Part shown: positions 47,521-56,399 of the stretch, piece after piece | Position numbering within the stretch: position 1 is the stretch's first letter | Layout of the letters: each line of letters begins with the position of its first letter | Source: an uncultured Gammaproteobacteria bacterium | GTDB lineage: Bacteria > Patescibacteriota > Microgenomatia > Levybacterales > UBA12049 | Assembly (NCBI GenBank): GCA_964490105.1 | Contig: CAZAZU010000001.1 | Location: 155,440-219,439 of the forward strand | Reading direction: 5' to 3' | Length of the DNA: 64,000 nt | Program-made: the position numbers and the translations under genes | The notes under the pieces: generated by a model | Databases searched by the model: none | Told to the model about the DNA's origin: nothing | The model's input: only the letters and a program-made list of their open reading frames with translations

Positions 47521-48165
47521 ATGATTTCCGCTCAAACAAATAATAATAAGAATTTTAATGAATTAGCTGATAATTCTAAGGTTTTAAAAACAGTAGAATC
47601 TCTTAAAGAAAATGGATTCTTACCTATTCTGGTAAATTCAAAGGAAGAAGCATTCGAAAAAATTCAGGAATTAATTCCAGATGACGCGTCAGTAATGAAT
47701 GGAACATCAGCAACTCTTCGAGAAATTGGATATATAGAATATCTAAAACAAGGCGGGCATAAGTGGAATAATCTCCACGAAAAAGTTTTAGCTGAGCTTG
47801 ATCCTGAAAAACAAGCAAAACTAAGAAAAACATCAGTAATTTCTGATTTTTATTTAGGAAGTGCTCATGCGGTTACCCAGAATGGAGAAATTCTTATAGC
47901 TTCTAATACAGGTAGTCAGCTCCCCCATTTAGTTTATACATCTCAAAATATAATATTTGTGGTTGGTGCGCAGAAAATTGTTGAAAATTTAGATGAGGCT
48001 TTTCAAAGACTTGATGAACATGTAATCCCTCTTGAAAATGAAAGAATGATGGGAGTTTATGGAGTCGGTACTACCCATGCAAAGACACTAATTCTACATA
48101 AGGAAAATCCAATGATGGGTAGACAAATCTATGTAATTTTGGTTAATGAGAAGCTTGGTTTTTAA
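47521..48165 (+). CDS. LUD (lactate utilisation, DUF162) domain protein
   Basis: GSAHAVTQNGEILIASNTGSQL block typical of LutC/LUD domain. Confidence 0.6.
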   Translation: MISAQTNNNKNFNELADNSKVLKTVESLKENGFLPILVNSKEEAFEKIQELIPDDASVMNGTSATLREIGYIEYLKQGGHKWNNLHEKVLAELDPEKQAKLRKTSVISDFYLGSAHAVTQNGEILIASNTGSQLPHLVYTSQNIIFVVGAQKIVENLDEAFQRLDEHVIPLENERMMGVYGVGTTHAKTLILHKENPMMGRQIYVILVNEKLGF

Positions 48166-48704
48166 ACCTGAAGACGCCAGTTCTTTGATACGTAAGGCTC
48201 AGAACATAAGTTACGATTAAAACAGCAAGGTCTTCGCATTCCCTTATTTAATTTATCCAGCATCACTTCCAGATGTTTTTTTCGTGTCTCCTCTGTCTTT
48301 ACCGCACGAATCCAGCGGATCCAGTCCCATCTTGCAAGAGGTGTAATGTCCTCCCATAGCGCTTGCGCTTTCGTAGAACCAGAGAGTGTTTTCTTTACAT
48401 CTTCAGACACATCGGGATCTACCCAATCTTTCGTAGGTTCTATTGAAATTTTTACTGTATCTCCTGCATTAGCCTTTGCATCTTTCAGTAATTTATCGCT
48501 TGGTCTAAACCAATGACTAGGTCTAAGACCTGGACCGTATTTACCATCGGGTTCAAGTAGGGTTTTAAAGGGAACGCCATTTAGACTCCCCTTAATCATA
48601 GTCATTCCCCGTGTTGGAAGTTTCGCACTAGCATCCTCAGGGAGAAGGAGAATAGTCCAGTCTTTAATTTTAAAAAGCTCAGCTTCAAAATTGATCAATG
48701 GCAT
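48162..48704 (-). CDS. DUF1905 + YdeI/OmpD-associated family protein
   Basis: N-terminal DUF1905-like beta domain, C-terminal WDWIRWIRAVKTEETRKKHL bacteriocin-protection-like helix. Confidence 0.55.
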   Translation of the reverse strand: MPLINFEAELFKIKDWTILLLPEDASAKLPTRGMTMIKGSLNGVPFKTLLEPDGKYGPGLRPSHWFRPSDKLLKDAKANAGDTVKISIEPTKDWVDPDVSEDVKKTLSGSTKAQALWEDITPLARWDWIRWIRAVKTEETRKKHLEVMLDKLNKGMRRPCCFNRNLCSEPYVSKNWRLQV

Positions 48705-48758
48705 AGTTTAAATTTTACCAAAATTCTATTCTAATAACTTGTTATAATTTTCAGAAGT

Positions 48759-49292
48759 ATGGACGCTTTATTAGAAAGTCTTTATCAGTTTTGCCTAGAA
48801 CATCGAAAAAAACACTCTTGCGGAGCTGTTCCCTACCAGAATGGTAAATTTCTCATAGACCTTGTCTCTTCAATTAAGGCCAAAAAAATTCTAGAGGTAG
48901 GTACCGGAGTTGGATATTCAACTGTTTGTATGTGTTTAGGAAATAATGAAGCAACTGTTGAGACTATAGATAAAGATGCAATCCACATTTCTTTAGCAAA
49001 AGAAAACTGTGATAAATTAGGCTTGAGCGAAAGGGTCCTTTTCCATGAATCCAGTGCAGAGGATATCTTCCCCAAGCTTACGGGACCGTATGATTTGATT
49101 TTCTACGATGGAAATACTCCTCAAAAAAAATTTGTTGCACAGTTCGAGAGATTATTGAAAAAAGGAGGAATAGCGCTTAGCGCAAATTTATTTTTAAGTG
49201 ATCCTTCTGGAGGAGGATATCTGAAATTATTGCAAGACGGTAGGTGGGATACAAAAATTGAAGGCGACACTGCGATTTCAGTTAAATTATAA
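48759..49292 (+). CDS. class I SAM-dependent O-methyltransferase (family 3)
   Basis: SAM motif ILEVGTGVGYST; acidic DKD; length 177 aa. Confidence 0.75.
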   Translation: MDALLESLYQFCLEHRKKHSCGAVPYQNGKFLIDLVSSIKAKKILEVGTGVGYSTVCMCLGNNEATVETIDKDAIHISLAKENCDKLGLSERVLFHESSAEDIFPKLTGPYDLIFYDGNTPQKKFVAQFERLLKKGGIALSANLFLSDPSGGGYLKLLQDGRWDTKIEGDTAISVKL

Positions 49293-49321
49293 AAAGGTAA
49301 TTACGTCTTGAGCTAGTCGAA

Positions 49322-49396
49322 TGGGTGGATGACGGGGATCGGACCCGCGACCTTCTGGACCACAACCAGACGCTCTACCACTGAGCTACAACCACC
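49322..49396 (-). tRNA. tRNA-His(GTG) with G-1, atypical features
   Basis: G-1 + GUGGUUG ... anticodon loop UUGUGGU, C73, encoded CCA; U5-U68 mismatch and T-loop UCCGAUC (C at position 55) are unusual. Confidence 0.7.
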
Positions 49397-49400
49397 ATGT

Positions 49401-49643
49401 CTACTTACTAATTAACCATTTAATATATTTCTTACTTTTATACGATTTTAACTTTTTTTCTCTTAATCTTGCTTCTTCTAAAGTGCTAAATTGCTCTTTG
49501 TAAACTAATCGATATGTTTCTAGAATTCTCGTTGTTCGAGTGTAACCCTTAAGGTGTTGCTTTAGCCTTCTTTCAAGATCGTTAGTAGAACCTATATAAA
49601 ACCTATCTGTTTCGGGATTATGTAATATATACATCCAAAACAT
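49401..49643 (-). CDS. small GIY-YIG nuclease (YhbQ/UPF0213-like)
   Basis: WMYILHNPETDRFYIGSTNDLERRLKQH matches GIY-(10-11)-YIG ... R ... H core; stop 4 nt before tRNA-His 5' end. Confidence 0.75.
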   Translation of the reverse strand: MFWMYILHNPETDRFYIGSTNDLERRLKQHLKGYTRTTRILETYRLVYKEQFSTLEEARLREKKLKSYKSKKYIKWLISK

Positions 49644-49656
49644 ATTTGTTTTACAA

Positions 49657-49705
49657 GACGCTCTACCACTGACCCCGATTTAATCGGGGCTGAGCTACAA
49701 CCACC
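49657..49705 (-). pseudogene. duplicated 5' fragment of tRNA-His (acceptor 5' strand, D-arm, start of anticodon stem) interrupted by 17-nt palindrome
   Basis: GGUGGUUGUAGCUCAG[CCCCGAUUAAAUCGGGG UCA]GUGGUAGAGCGUCU identical to tRNA-His positions -1..31 apart from the insertion. Confidence 0.7.
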
Positions 49706-49803
49706 ATGCTTTAATTATACCAGAGCACTCCTCTAGCCACAATACAGAGCCCTATAGTTTGGTCATTGATCTTACGCTTGATTTGAGCTAAACTCCCTTC
49801 GTT

Positions 49804-50163
49804 ATGTCAAAACCAAGATTTGAAGGAGAAGAAAGACCGCCAATCGGGCCCAATACTTATCTAGGACAAAGTGAACCATTAAATTTGGTTCAAAGACTTG
49901 CTCATGTTTATGATAGTCCGGTTGTTCCTGGAAGGCCTACGGTTTTAACTGATGGAGATGGCCATGTAATACCAGGAAAAGGCGGAACAGTTAGGCCAGT
50001 ATCGCCTAGAGAAATTAGAGGCGTTTTAGATCAAGGTGCATTTGGTGCAGAAATGAACCCAATGGATAGGGATTGGGCTGACCAAAGAGCTTTAAGAGAG
50101 GCTAGAAGAGATGCAGCAAAAGAAATGAGAAGAGGAACGAGAGATTCTAGAAACAGTCGCTAA
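49804..50163 (+). CDS. hypothetical Arg/Pro/Gly-rich protein, GC-shifted orphan
   Basis: 119 aa; N-term GEERPPIGPN resembles 40090..40779. Confidence 0.45.
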   Translation: MSKPRFEGEERPPIGPNTYLGQSEPLNLVQRLAHVYDSPVVPGRPTVLTDGDGHVIPGKGGTVRPVSPREIRGVLDQGAFGAEMNPMDRDWADQRALREARRDAAKEMRRGTRDSRNSR

Positions 50164-50537
50164 TTTGGAAAAATAAATTTGAGAACGTGAGGAGTAAAAA
50201 CTAAAAATCCTACAGCAATGCTTCCAGTTGCTACAATTAAGACCATTCCTGCAGATACATCTTTAGCGTATTTGGCCTCTTCTTTATAATCTTTAGTAAC
50301 TAAATCCACGATTTCCTCTATGGCTGTATTTATCATTTCAGCGGAAATCACCAGAAGAATAATCATGCAGATAATAGCCTTCTCGAATTGGTTTAGCCCG
50401 AAGATGAATGTGGCAATAACTACTAAAACTGCTATTACTATATGAATACGAATATTTCTGTTATATCTTATCGCTACTTTTATGCCTTCTATGGCATATC
50501 CTACTGATTCAATGAATGTGGGTTTATCGCCTTTCAT
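50160..50537 (-). CDS. dgkA: diacylglycerol kinase / undecaprenol kinase family (DgkA)
   Basis: 3 TM; NTAIEEIVD motif (xSAIE-type). Confidence 0.7.
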   Translation of the reverse strand: MKGDKPTFIESVGYAIEGIKVAIRYNRNIRIHIVIAVLVVIATFIFGLNQFEKAIICMIILLVISAEMINTAIEEIVDLVTKDYKEEAKYAKDVSAGMVLIVATGSIAVGFLVFTPHVLKFIFPN

Positions 50538-51283
50538 TTCTTTGAAGATTTATATAACCTTTTAAATATAATAGTCTTCTCAAAAAGAATAGCAGATGTG
50601 AACCATAGAAATCCAGCGATGAATCCTCCGATTACATCGCTTGGATAATGCACGCCTAAATAGATCCTGCTTATTCCAATTAGGCCAATTAACGTAGCGG
50701 AGATTAAAGATATAACTATAGTGAGTTGTTTATTTTTCGTTTCTCTGAAGATGAAATATGAGAGAGCAGCAAAGAAAAGAAAGCTGTTCATGGCGTGAGC
50801 TGAAGGAAAGCTAAGGCTATTTTCATGAATCAGCGGTAGGTTATCTGGGCGAGGGCGCATATATAGGAATTTTAAAAGTATATTTACGAGAATTCCCGAG
50901 TAAAGAATTCCTAAATAAATCCCTACATCTTTCTTTCGAACATTTCCAATATAAAGAATCATTATGAGGGAAAGTAGAATGAGGGAAATTCCGCTTGCTA
51001 ATGAGGTAAAAAGCAGCATTATAGAATCAAGGGTGGGATTGCGAAATTCTAATATGAAATTTGTTATAGTGAGATCGATAAGTAGAATATCGTTTTCAAT
51101 AATCTCGTGCCCAATTTTTAAAAATAAATACATTGAGGCAAGACTTACTATTATTCCGATTATTATTTCAGCAAATAAAACTAAAGAGAGGTGCGAGTTT
51201 TTTAGAAAATTTATAAATCCTTTGATGTTTTTCATGAATCTTATTCTAGTATAGCAACGAATTAGGAATTTTTTTTGGTACAC
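50534..51283 (-). CDS. PAP2-family phosphatase
   Basis: KX6RP-like, SFPSAHA (PSGH) and YLGVHYPSDV (SRX5HX3D) motifs; 6 TM. Confidence 0.8.
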   Translation of the reverse strand: MYQKKFLIRCYTRIRFMKNIKGFINFLKNSHLSLVLFAEIIIGIIVSLASMYLFLKIGHEIIENDILLIDLTITNFILEFRNPTLDSIMLLFTSLASGISLILLSLIMILYIGNVRKKDVGIYLGILYSGILVNILLKFLYMRPRPDNLPLIHENSLSFPSAHAMNSFLFFAALSYFIFRETKNKQLTIVISLISATLIGLIGISRIYLGVHYPSDVIGGFIAGFLWFTSAILFEKTIIFKRLYKSSKK

Positions 51284-51290
51284 TTAGTAC

Positions 51291-52217
51291 GTGAGAAAAA
51301 AGAAATCTAAAATTTTTATATTAGGGTTTCTAACCCTTTCTCTTATATTAGTTATGATTTTACTTAATTTTTTAGGTTCCAAGAAGCAATCAATTGAGCT
51401 TGGAGGTAGTACTCGAGAATATTTACTCCACTTGTCTCGTTCTCATGATTCTTCTGAAAATTTACCTCTGGTTATTGCTCTCCATGGTTACACCGATAAC
51501 CCAAGACTAATGGAATTTTATAGTGGATTAAGTAGAAAGTCTGATCGTGAAGGGTTTGTAGTTGTCTATCCATATGGAACGAAAAATGATACTGATAAAA
51601 ATTTATCTTGGAATGGGGGCTCATGCTGCGGGAATGGAGTTTTAAGCAATGTAGAAGACGTCCAGTTTATAAATTCTCTGACCGACGAACTGATTGAGAA
51701 ATACAAAATTGATCCCGAGAGAATTTATATTGCAGGTTTTTCAAATGGCGGACTTTTAGCGCATAGGATCGCCTCGGAAACGCCTGAAAGATATAAGGCA
51801 ATAGCTGTAGTATCAGGGGCAATTGGCGGAAAAGTTTATAAAAAATTACCTCCTTATATTATTCCTAATCCTAAAAAGCCGGTCTCCATGCTTTTAATGC
51901 ATGGAATGAAGGATAGCCGTATTCCTTACAAGGGCGGGCTAAATAATAGTAAAGACGGCGAATTTAAATCATTTAAAGAATCGAGTGAGCTATGGATTCA
52001 AAATAATAACTGCAAAGGTAGCCTAAAGACAGAAAATAAAGTATCAATTAATGAGTCGTTTGAAAATTGCGAGAATGAGACTCGAGTCGAACTATATTCT
52101 GTTAAAGAAAGTGGGCATATGTGGTTTGGTGGAATTGGAGAATTATTTAAAAACCTAAAAGGCGAAAGTATATCTGCGACAAGTATTATCTGGTCATTTT
52201 TTAAAACTGCAAAATAA
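51291..52217 (+). CDS. secreted alpha/beta-hydrolase esterase (PHB-depolymerase/LpqC-like)
   Basis: signal/TM; nucleophile elbow GFSNGG; HG oxyanion-hole motif (LHGYT). Confidence 0.6.
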   Translation: MRKKKSKIFILGFLTLSLILVMILLNFLGSKKQSIELGGSTREYLLHLSRSHDSSENLPLVIALHGYTDNPRLMEFYSGLSRKSDREGFVVVYPYGTKNDTDKNLSWNGGSCCGNGVLSNVEDVQFINSLTDELIEKYKIDPERIYIAGFSNGGLLAHRIASETPERYKAIAVVSGAIGGKVYKKLPPYIIPNPKKPVSMLLMHGMKDSRIPYKGGLNNSKDGEFKSFKESSELWIQNNNCKGSLKTENKVSINESFENCENETRVELYSVKESGHMWFGGIGELFKNLKGESISATSIIWSFFKTAK

Positions 52218-52242
52218 AATTCAGATTTGCTATACTGATATT

Positions 52243-52476
52243 ATGTTTCTTCTTACTCTTCCAATGAAAATCTTTGGACTTACTGGCACTCTAGTTTTAG
52301 CAGTAGTTTTATATTGGCTATTTATAGGTACTGGAATGAATTTAGATAGAAGCGGAAAATGCGACTCTGGAGTGGCAGTAAGCGCTAAAAATCCTGTTTC
52401 AGGTGTTCACAGGACTTTTTCTAACGAATGTAAAATTCCAGTGGGCTGGCAAAAAGGTGCAGTTGTAGCTCTTTAA
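52243..52476 (+). CDS. small membrane-anchored hypothetical protein
   Basis: 77 aa, N-terminal TM; stop codon forms first base of direct repeat. Confidence 0.3.
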   Translation: MFLLTLPMKIFGLTGTLVLAVVLYWLFIGTGMNLDRSGKCDSGVAVSAKNPVSGVHRTFSNECKIPVGWQKGAVVAL

Positions 52477-52507
52477 TTCTTTTCTACGGATTGTAGAATC
52501 AAAATAC
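52473..52507 (+). repeat. 35-bp direct repeat copy L (with short hairpin TTCTAC-GGATT-GTAGAA)
   Basis: ttaattcttttctacggattgtagaatcaaaatac; about 29/35 identical to 56365..56399. Confidence 0.6.
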
Positions 52508-52599
52508 CCTCCTAATTCTCTTTTTACTCCATATACTATTTATTATTTAATTAACAATTAACACTGTGTTCTTACATTTCTCTAATCTTTTTAGATGAA

Positions 52600-54780
52600 T
52601 TGCTTAGCTATTATGAAATCATGAATGGTATTTCTGTGGTAATCCCAACATATAATGAAAAAGGGACAATTGGTGATTTGATCAAAAGGATAGTAGCTCC
52701 ACTTGAAAAGGAAGAAATTAGCTATGAATTAATATTTATTGATGATAATTCTACGGATGGAACTCAGCAGGAGATTTTAAAACATGATCGAAAAAAACCC
52801 GTAATTTTTGAACTAAAAAAGGGAGAGCAAGGAAAAGCCTACTCTTTACTGCAGGGATTTAAACTAGCAAAGTATGATGCTATAGCCATGATTGACGCTG
52901 ATCTGCAATATCCGCCCGAAGTAATTCCAAGTATGTATGAAAAACTGGATCAATTTGATATCGTAGTGGCAGAACGAAGAATAAGAAAAACCAGTTTTCT
53001 AAGAAGTTTGTTGAGTCATGGATTTATTAGATTTTTTGGAAAAACACTTCATCACCTAGAAACTGACGTGCAATCGGGCCTAAAGATATTTAAAAAAGAA
53101 ATTTTTGAAAAAGTTGAACTTAACCCCACTCCTTGGACATTCGATTTAGAATTTTTGGTTAGATCTAGAGAGCAAGGTTATAAAATTACAGGACATCCAA
53201 TTACGTTCGAAGAGAGAAAATATGGAAAATCAAAAGTATCCATTTTCAAAACGATTTTTGAGATCGGGATATCTGCAGTAAAGCTTAAGTTTAGCAATCA
53301 AGCAATTGTAACTCAGTCATCGGGTTTAAATAAATTAAATAGTCATCAGTTTTTTCATAAAGGAAATAAATATGTAACATTTAATCAGTTTAGGCATGGC
53401 GAGAGTGCATTTTCCAGTATAAATGCAAGACAAAAAAATATTTTAATAATGATTGCTGTTCTATTTTTAGTTGGATTGGTTATAGATTGGCATTTAACCA
53501 TAATTTTGGGAATTGCTTTCTTAACTATTGTTTACTTAGCTGACATAGTGTTTTATTTATATCTAACAATTAAGAGTTTAGCTACAACTCCTGAAATTCT
53601 ATTTAAACCCGAAGAGCTTCAGAGTATTCCGGAAAACGAATTACCCACATACACAATATTATGCCCGCTATATAAGGAGTGGCATGTTTTACCGCAGTTC
53701 GTGAAAGCTATAAACGATTTAGATTATCCTAAGGAAAAACTTCAAGTGCTACTTTTACTTGAAGAGGATGACGAAGAAAGTATAAATAGAATTAATTCAA
53801 TGAATTTACCTTTTTATTTTCAAAAACTCGTAGTCCCGCATTCTATGCCAAAAACTAAACCAAAAGCATGTAACTATGGATTACATTATGCTACCGGAAA
53901 ATATTCTGTTATTTTTGATGCGGAAGATATACCGGAAAAGGAGCAGTTAAGAAAGGCTGTGGTAGCGTTTAACAAGTTACCTGGATCAACAATTTGTCTT
54001 CAGGCAAAGTTAAATTTCTATAATCCAAAGCAAAATTTACTAACACATTTGTTTACATCGGAATATTCACTTTGGTTTGATTTAATTTTACCAGGGCTTC
54101 AATCAGTTAACGCTCCGATACCTCTTGGTGGAACCTCAAATCATTTTAGAACAGCAGATCTTCGAAGTATGAATGGCTGGGACGCATTCAACGTGACAGA
54201 GGACGCAGATTTAGGAGTTAGGCTAGCATCTAGAGGACTTAAAACAGCAATTATTGATTCTACTACCTATGAGGAAGCAAATAGTCTAACGAGAAATTGG
54301 TTGGGTCAAAGATCAAGATGGATTAAGGGATATATTCAAACATTCTTAGTACATACAAGAAAAAAGAATTCTAATCGCGGGATTAAAGATTCATTATTGT
54401 TTCAATTTGTTATCGGAGGAAAAATATTTCTGTTGTTCATTAATCCCGTTATGTGGATCATAATTCTCTTATATTTTGGATTAAGGCCAATATCCGGACC
54501 TTTTATAGAATCTTTTTTCCCTACTCCGGTGCTGTATATGGGAGTAGCGTCTCTTTTGATAGGTAACTTCGTTTATCTTTATTCGTATATGATTGGCTGT
54601 GCTAAAAGAGAAAAATATGAACTCATTAAATATGCATATCTCGTACCTATATATTGGCTGATGATGAGTTTGGCGGCCTGGGTTGCACTGTATCAGCTTA
54701 TAAGACAGCCTCATTATTGGTTCAAAACTCTTCATGGGCTACATTTAACACCAGAAAATAAATCTGCTTTAGCTTCATAA
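52600..54780 (+). CDS. fused dual family-2 glycosyltransferase (Dpm1-like GT2 + membrane + cellulose-synthase-like GT2)
   Basis: N-term VVIPTYNE ... DDNSTDGT, DAD; central TMs; second module YTILCPLYKEW, DAEDIP, QRSRW (QxxRW) processive motif; C-terminal TMs. Confidence 0.75.
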   Translation: MLSYYEIMNGISVVIPTYNEKGTIGDLIKRIVAPLEKEEISYELIFIDDNSTDGTQQEILKHDRKKPVIFELKKGEQGKAYSLLQGFKLAKYDAIAMIDADLQYPPEVIPSMYEKLDQFDIVVAERRIRKTSFLRSLLSHGFIRFFGKTLHHLETDVQSGLKIFKKEIFEKVELNPTPWTFDLEFLVRSREQGYKITGHPITFEERKYGKSKVSIFKTIFEIGISAVKLKFSNQAIVTQSSGLNKLNSHQFFHKGNKYVTFNQFRHGESAFSSINARQKNILIMIAVLFLVGLVIDWHLTIILGIAFLTIVYLADIVFYLYLTIKSLATTPEILFKPEELQSIPENELPTYTILCPLYKEWHVLPQFVKAINDLDYPKEKLQVLLLLEEDDEESINRINSMNLPFYFQKLVVPHSMPKTKPKACNYGLHYATGKYSVIFDAEDIPEKEQLRKAVVAFNKLPGSTICLQAKLNFYNPKQNLLTHLFTSEYSLWFDLILPGLQSVNAPIPLGGTSNHFRTADLRSMNGWDAFNVTEDADLGVRLASRGLKTAIIDSTTYEEANSLTRNWLGQRSRWIKGYIQTFLVHTRKKNSNRGIKDSLLFQFVIGGKIFLLFINPVMWIIILLYFGLRPISGPFIESFFPTPVLYMGVASLLIGNFVYLYSYMIGCAKREKYELIKYAYLVPIYWLMMSLAAWVALYQLIRQPHYWFKTLHGLHLTPENKSALAS

Positions 54781-54784
54781 GAAC

Positions 54785-56368
54785 ATGATTAATAAATTTC
54801 ATTCTAAGATAAATTATTTGTTGGATAAGCATCCCAATCTAATTATTTTTATTGTTGCTGGTGTTTTAAGTTCTATTTCCACAATTTATTTTTTTACCCA
54901 AGGGCAAATAACTGCTTACGGAGACTCTGAGTCACATTTAAATATTGCAAAAAGGGTTGTAGCCAGTCCTACCCCAGGATTTGCACAGCTTGGAGGAATA
55001 TGGCTCCCGTTGCCGCATTTATTGATGACACCTTTCGTCTCGATCGATCAATTATGGAGAACTGGGCTAGCTGGTTCAATTGTATCCGGTATCGCTTATG
55101 CTATCTCGAGTTTATTTATTTATAAATTAATTTACTTGCTGACTAAAAATAAAGTAGCCTCTGTTTTTGGTTTTTTAGTTTTTGCACTAAATGCAAATAT
55201 TTTATACATGCAATCCACACCGATGACCGAGGTTTTGTTAATTGCTTTCTTCATTCTCTCTATGTACTTTTTTATAAAATTTATATTAAATCATAATGAT
55301 AATATCTCCCTCATTGCCGCAGCTTTTTTTGGTTTTTGTGCAACTTTAACAAGATATGATGGGTGGCTGCTTGTTGGAATAGAAGCTTTAATTATACTGG
55401 CTATCTTTGTAAAAAATAGATTTAGCGTATTCTATCAAGGTCTTTTTTTCTTATTCTCCACACTAGGTTTTGTCGGAGTTTTAATTTGGTTAGCCTGGGA
55501 TTTTTTAATTTTAGGAGACGCCTTGTATTTTACAAATAGTCCTTTTTCCGCTAAATCTCAGCAGCAGGGATGGTTAGCGCGTGGTGAATTGCCAACATAT
55601 CATGATATTGTTCAGTCCTTTTTATATTATTCAGTAACCTCGCTCCATAATATTGGATTTTTAATATCAATATTAGCTGTCCTATCTTTGATTATTTTAA
55701 TTCTGGATAAAAGCATAAGACAGAGAATATTTATAATTCTATTATTATTTGTACCTTTTATTTTTTATGTATTAACTTTGTTTATGGGACAATCAGTTAT
55801 CTTTATTCCTGATTTAACTCCAAAAAGTTTTGAATGGAATTTGTTTAACGTAAGATATGGAATTATGATGGTGCCAGCCGCCGCAATTCTATTAGGATAT
55901 TTGTTTTCAAAAAGATTCCTTGCTCTAAAGTTATTTATAGTAATTGTACTATTCGCTCAATCTTTATTGTTTTTTAGTGGAATCCAAAAAACTATTACCC
56001 TTGAAGACGGAACAGTAGGCTTATCTTCTTCAAAGAAAGTAGATGCAGAGAAATTTTTAACGAAGAATTATAAGGATGGATATGTATTAATGGATGACTA
56101 TGCAAGATCAGTGAGTATTTTAAGAACAACTATACCAATGCAAAATGTTATCTACATAGGAAATAAACCTTATTGGGAAGAGAGCTTAGAGACTCCTGAA
56201 AAATATGCAGAGTGGATTGTTCTTCAGAAGGATGACACTTTATGGAAAAATTTTATGGAAAATAAACGTAAAGAAGAAAGACTGTATAAATATTTTAAGA
56301 AAACATATACTTCTAATGAAATTTTAGTATTTCAGAGGTCAGATGTAGAAGTAAGTAGAGGAAATTAA
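54785..56368 (+). CDS. polytopic membrane protein, putative GT-C type glycosyltransferase
   Basis: about 12 TM; periplasmic-loop acidic motif YGDSESH near TM1 as in GT-C enzymes; co-transcribed with GT2 gene. Confidence 0.45.
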   Translation: MINKFHSKINYLLDKHPNLIIFIVAGVLSSISTIYFFTQGQITAYGDSESHLNIAKRVVASPTPGFAQLGGIWLPLPHLLMTPFVSIDQLWRTGLAGSIVSGIAYAISSLFIYKLIYLLTKNKVASVFGFLVFALNANILYMQSTPMTEVLLIAFFILSMYFFIKFILNHNDNISLIAAAFFGFCATLTRYDGWLLVGIEALIILAIFVKNRFSVFYQGLFFLFSTLGFVGVLIWLAWDFLILGDALYFTNSPFSAKSQQQGWLARGELPTYHDIVQSFLYYSVTSLHNIGFLISILAVLSLIILILDKSIRQRIFIILLLFVPFIFYVLTLFMGQSVIFIPDLTPKSFEWNLFNVRYGIMMVPAAAILLGYLFSKRFLALKLFIVIVLFAQSLLFFSGIQKTITLEDGTVGLSSSKKVDAEKFLTKNYKDGYVLMDDYARSVSILRTTIPMQNVIYIGNKPYWEESLETPEKYAEWIVLQKDDTLWKNFMENKRKEERLYKYFKKTYTSNEILVFQRSDVEVSRGN

Positions 56369-56399
56369 TTTTTTTCTACGGATTGTAAAATCAGTACAC
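56365..56399 (+). repeat. 35-bp direct repeat copy R
   Basis: ttaatttttttctacggattgtaaaatcagtacac. Confidence 0.6.
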
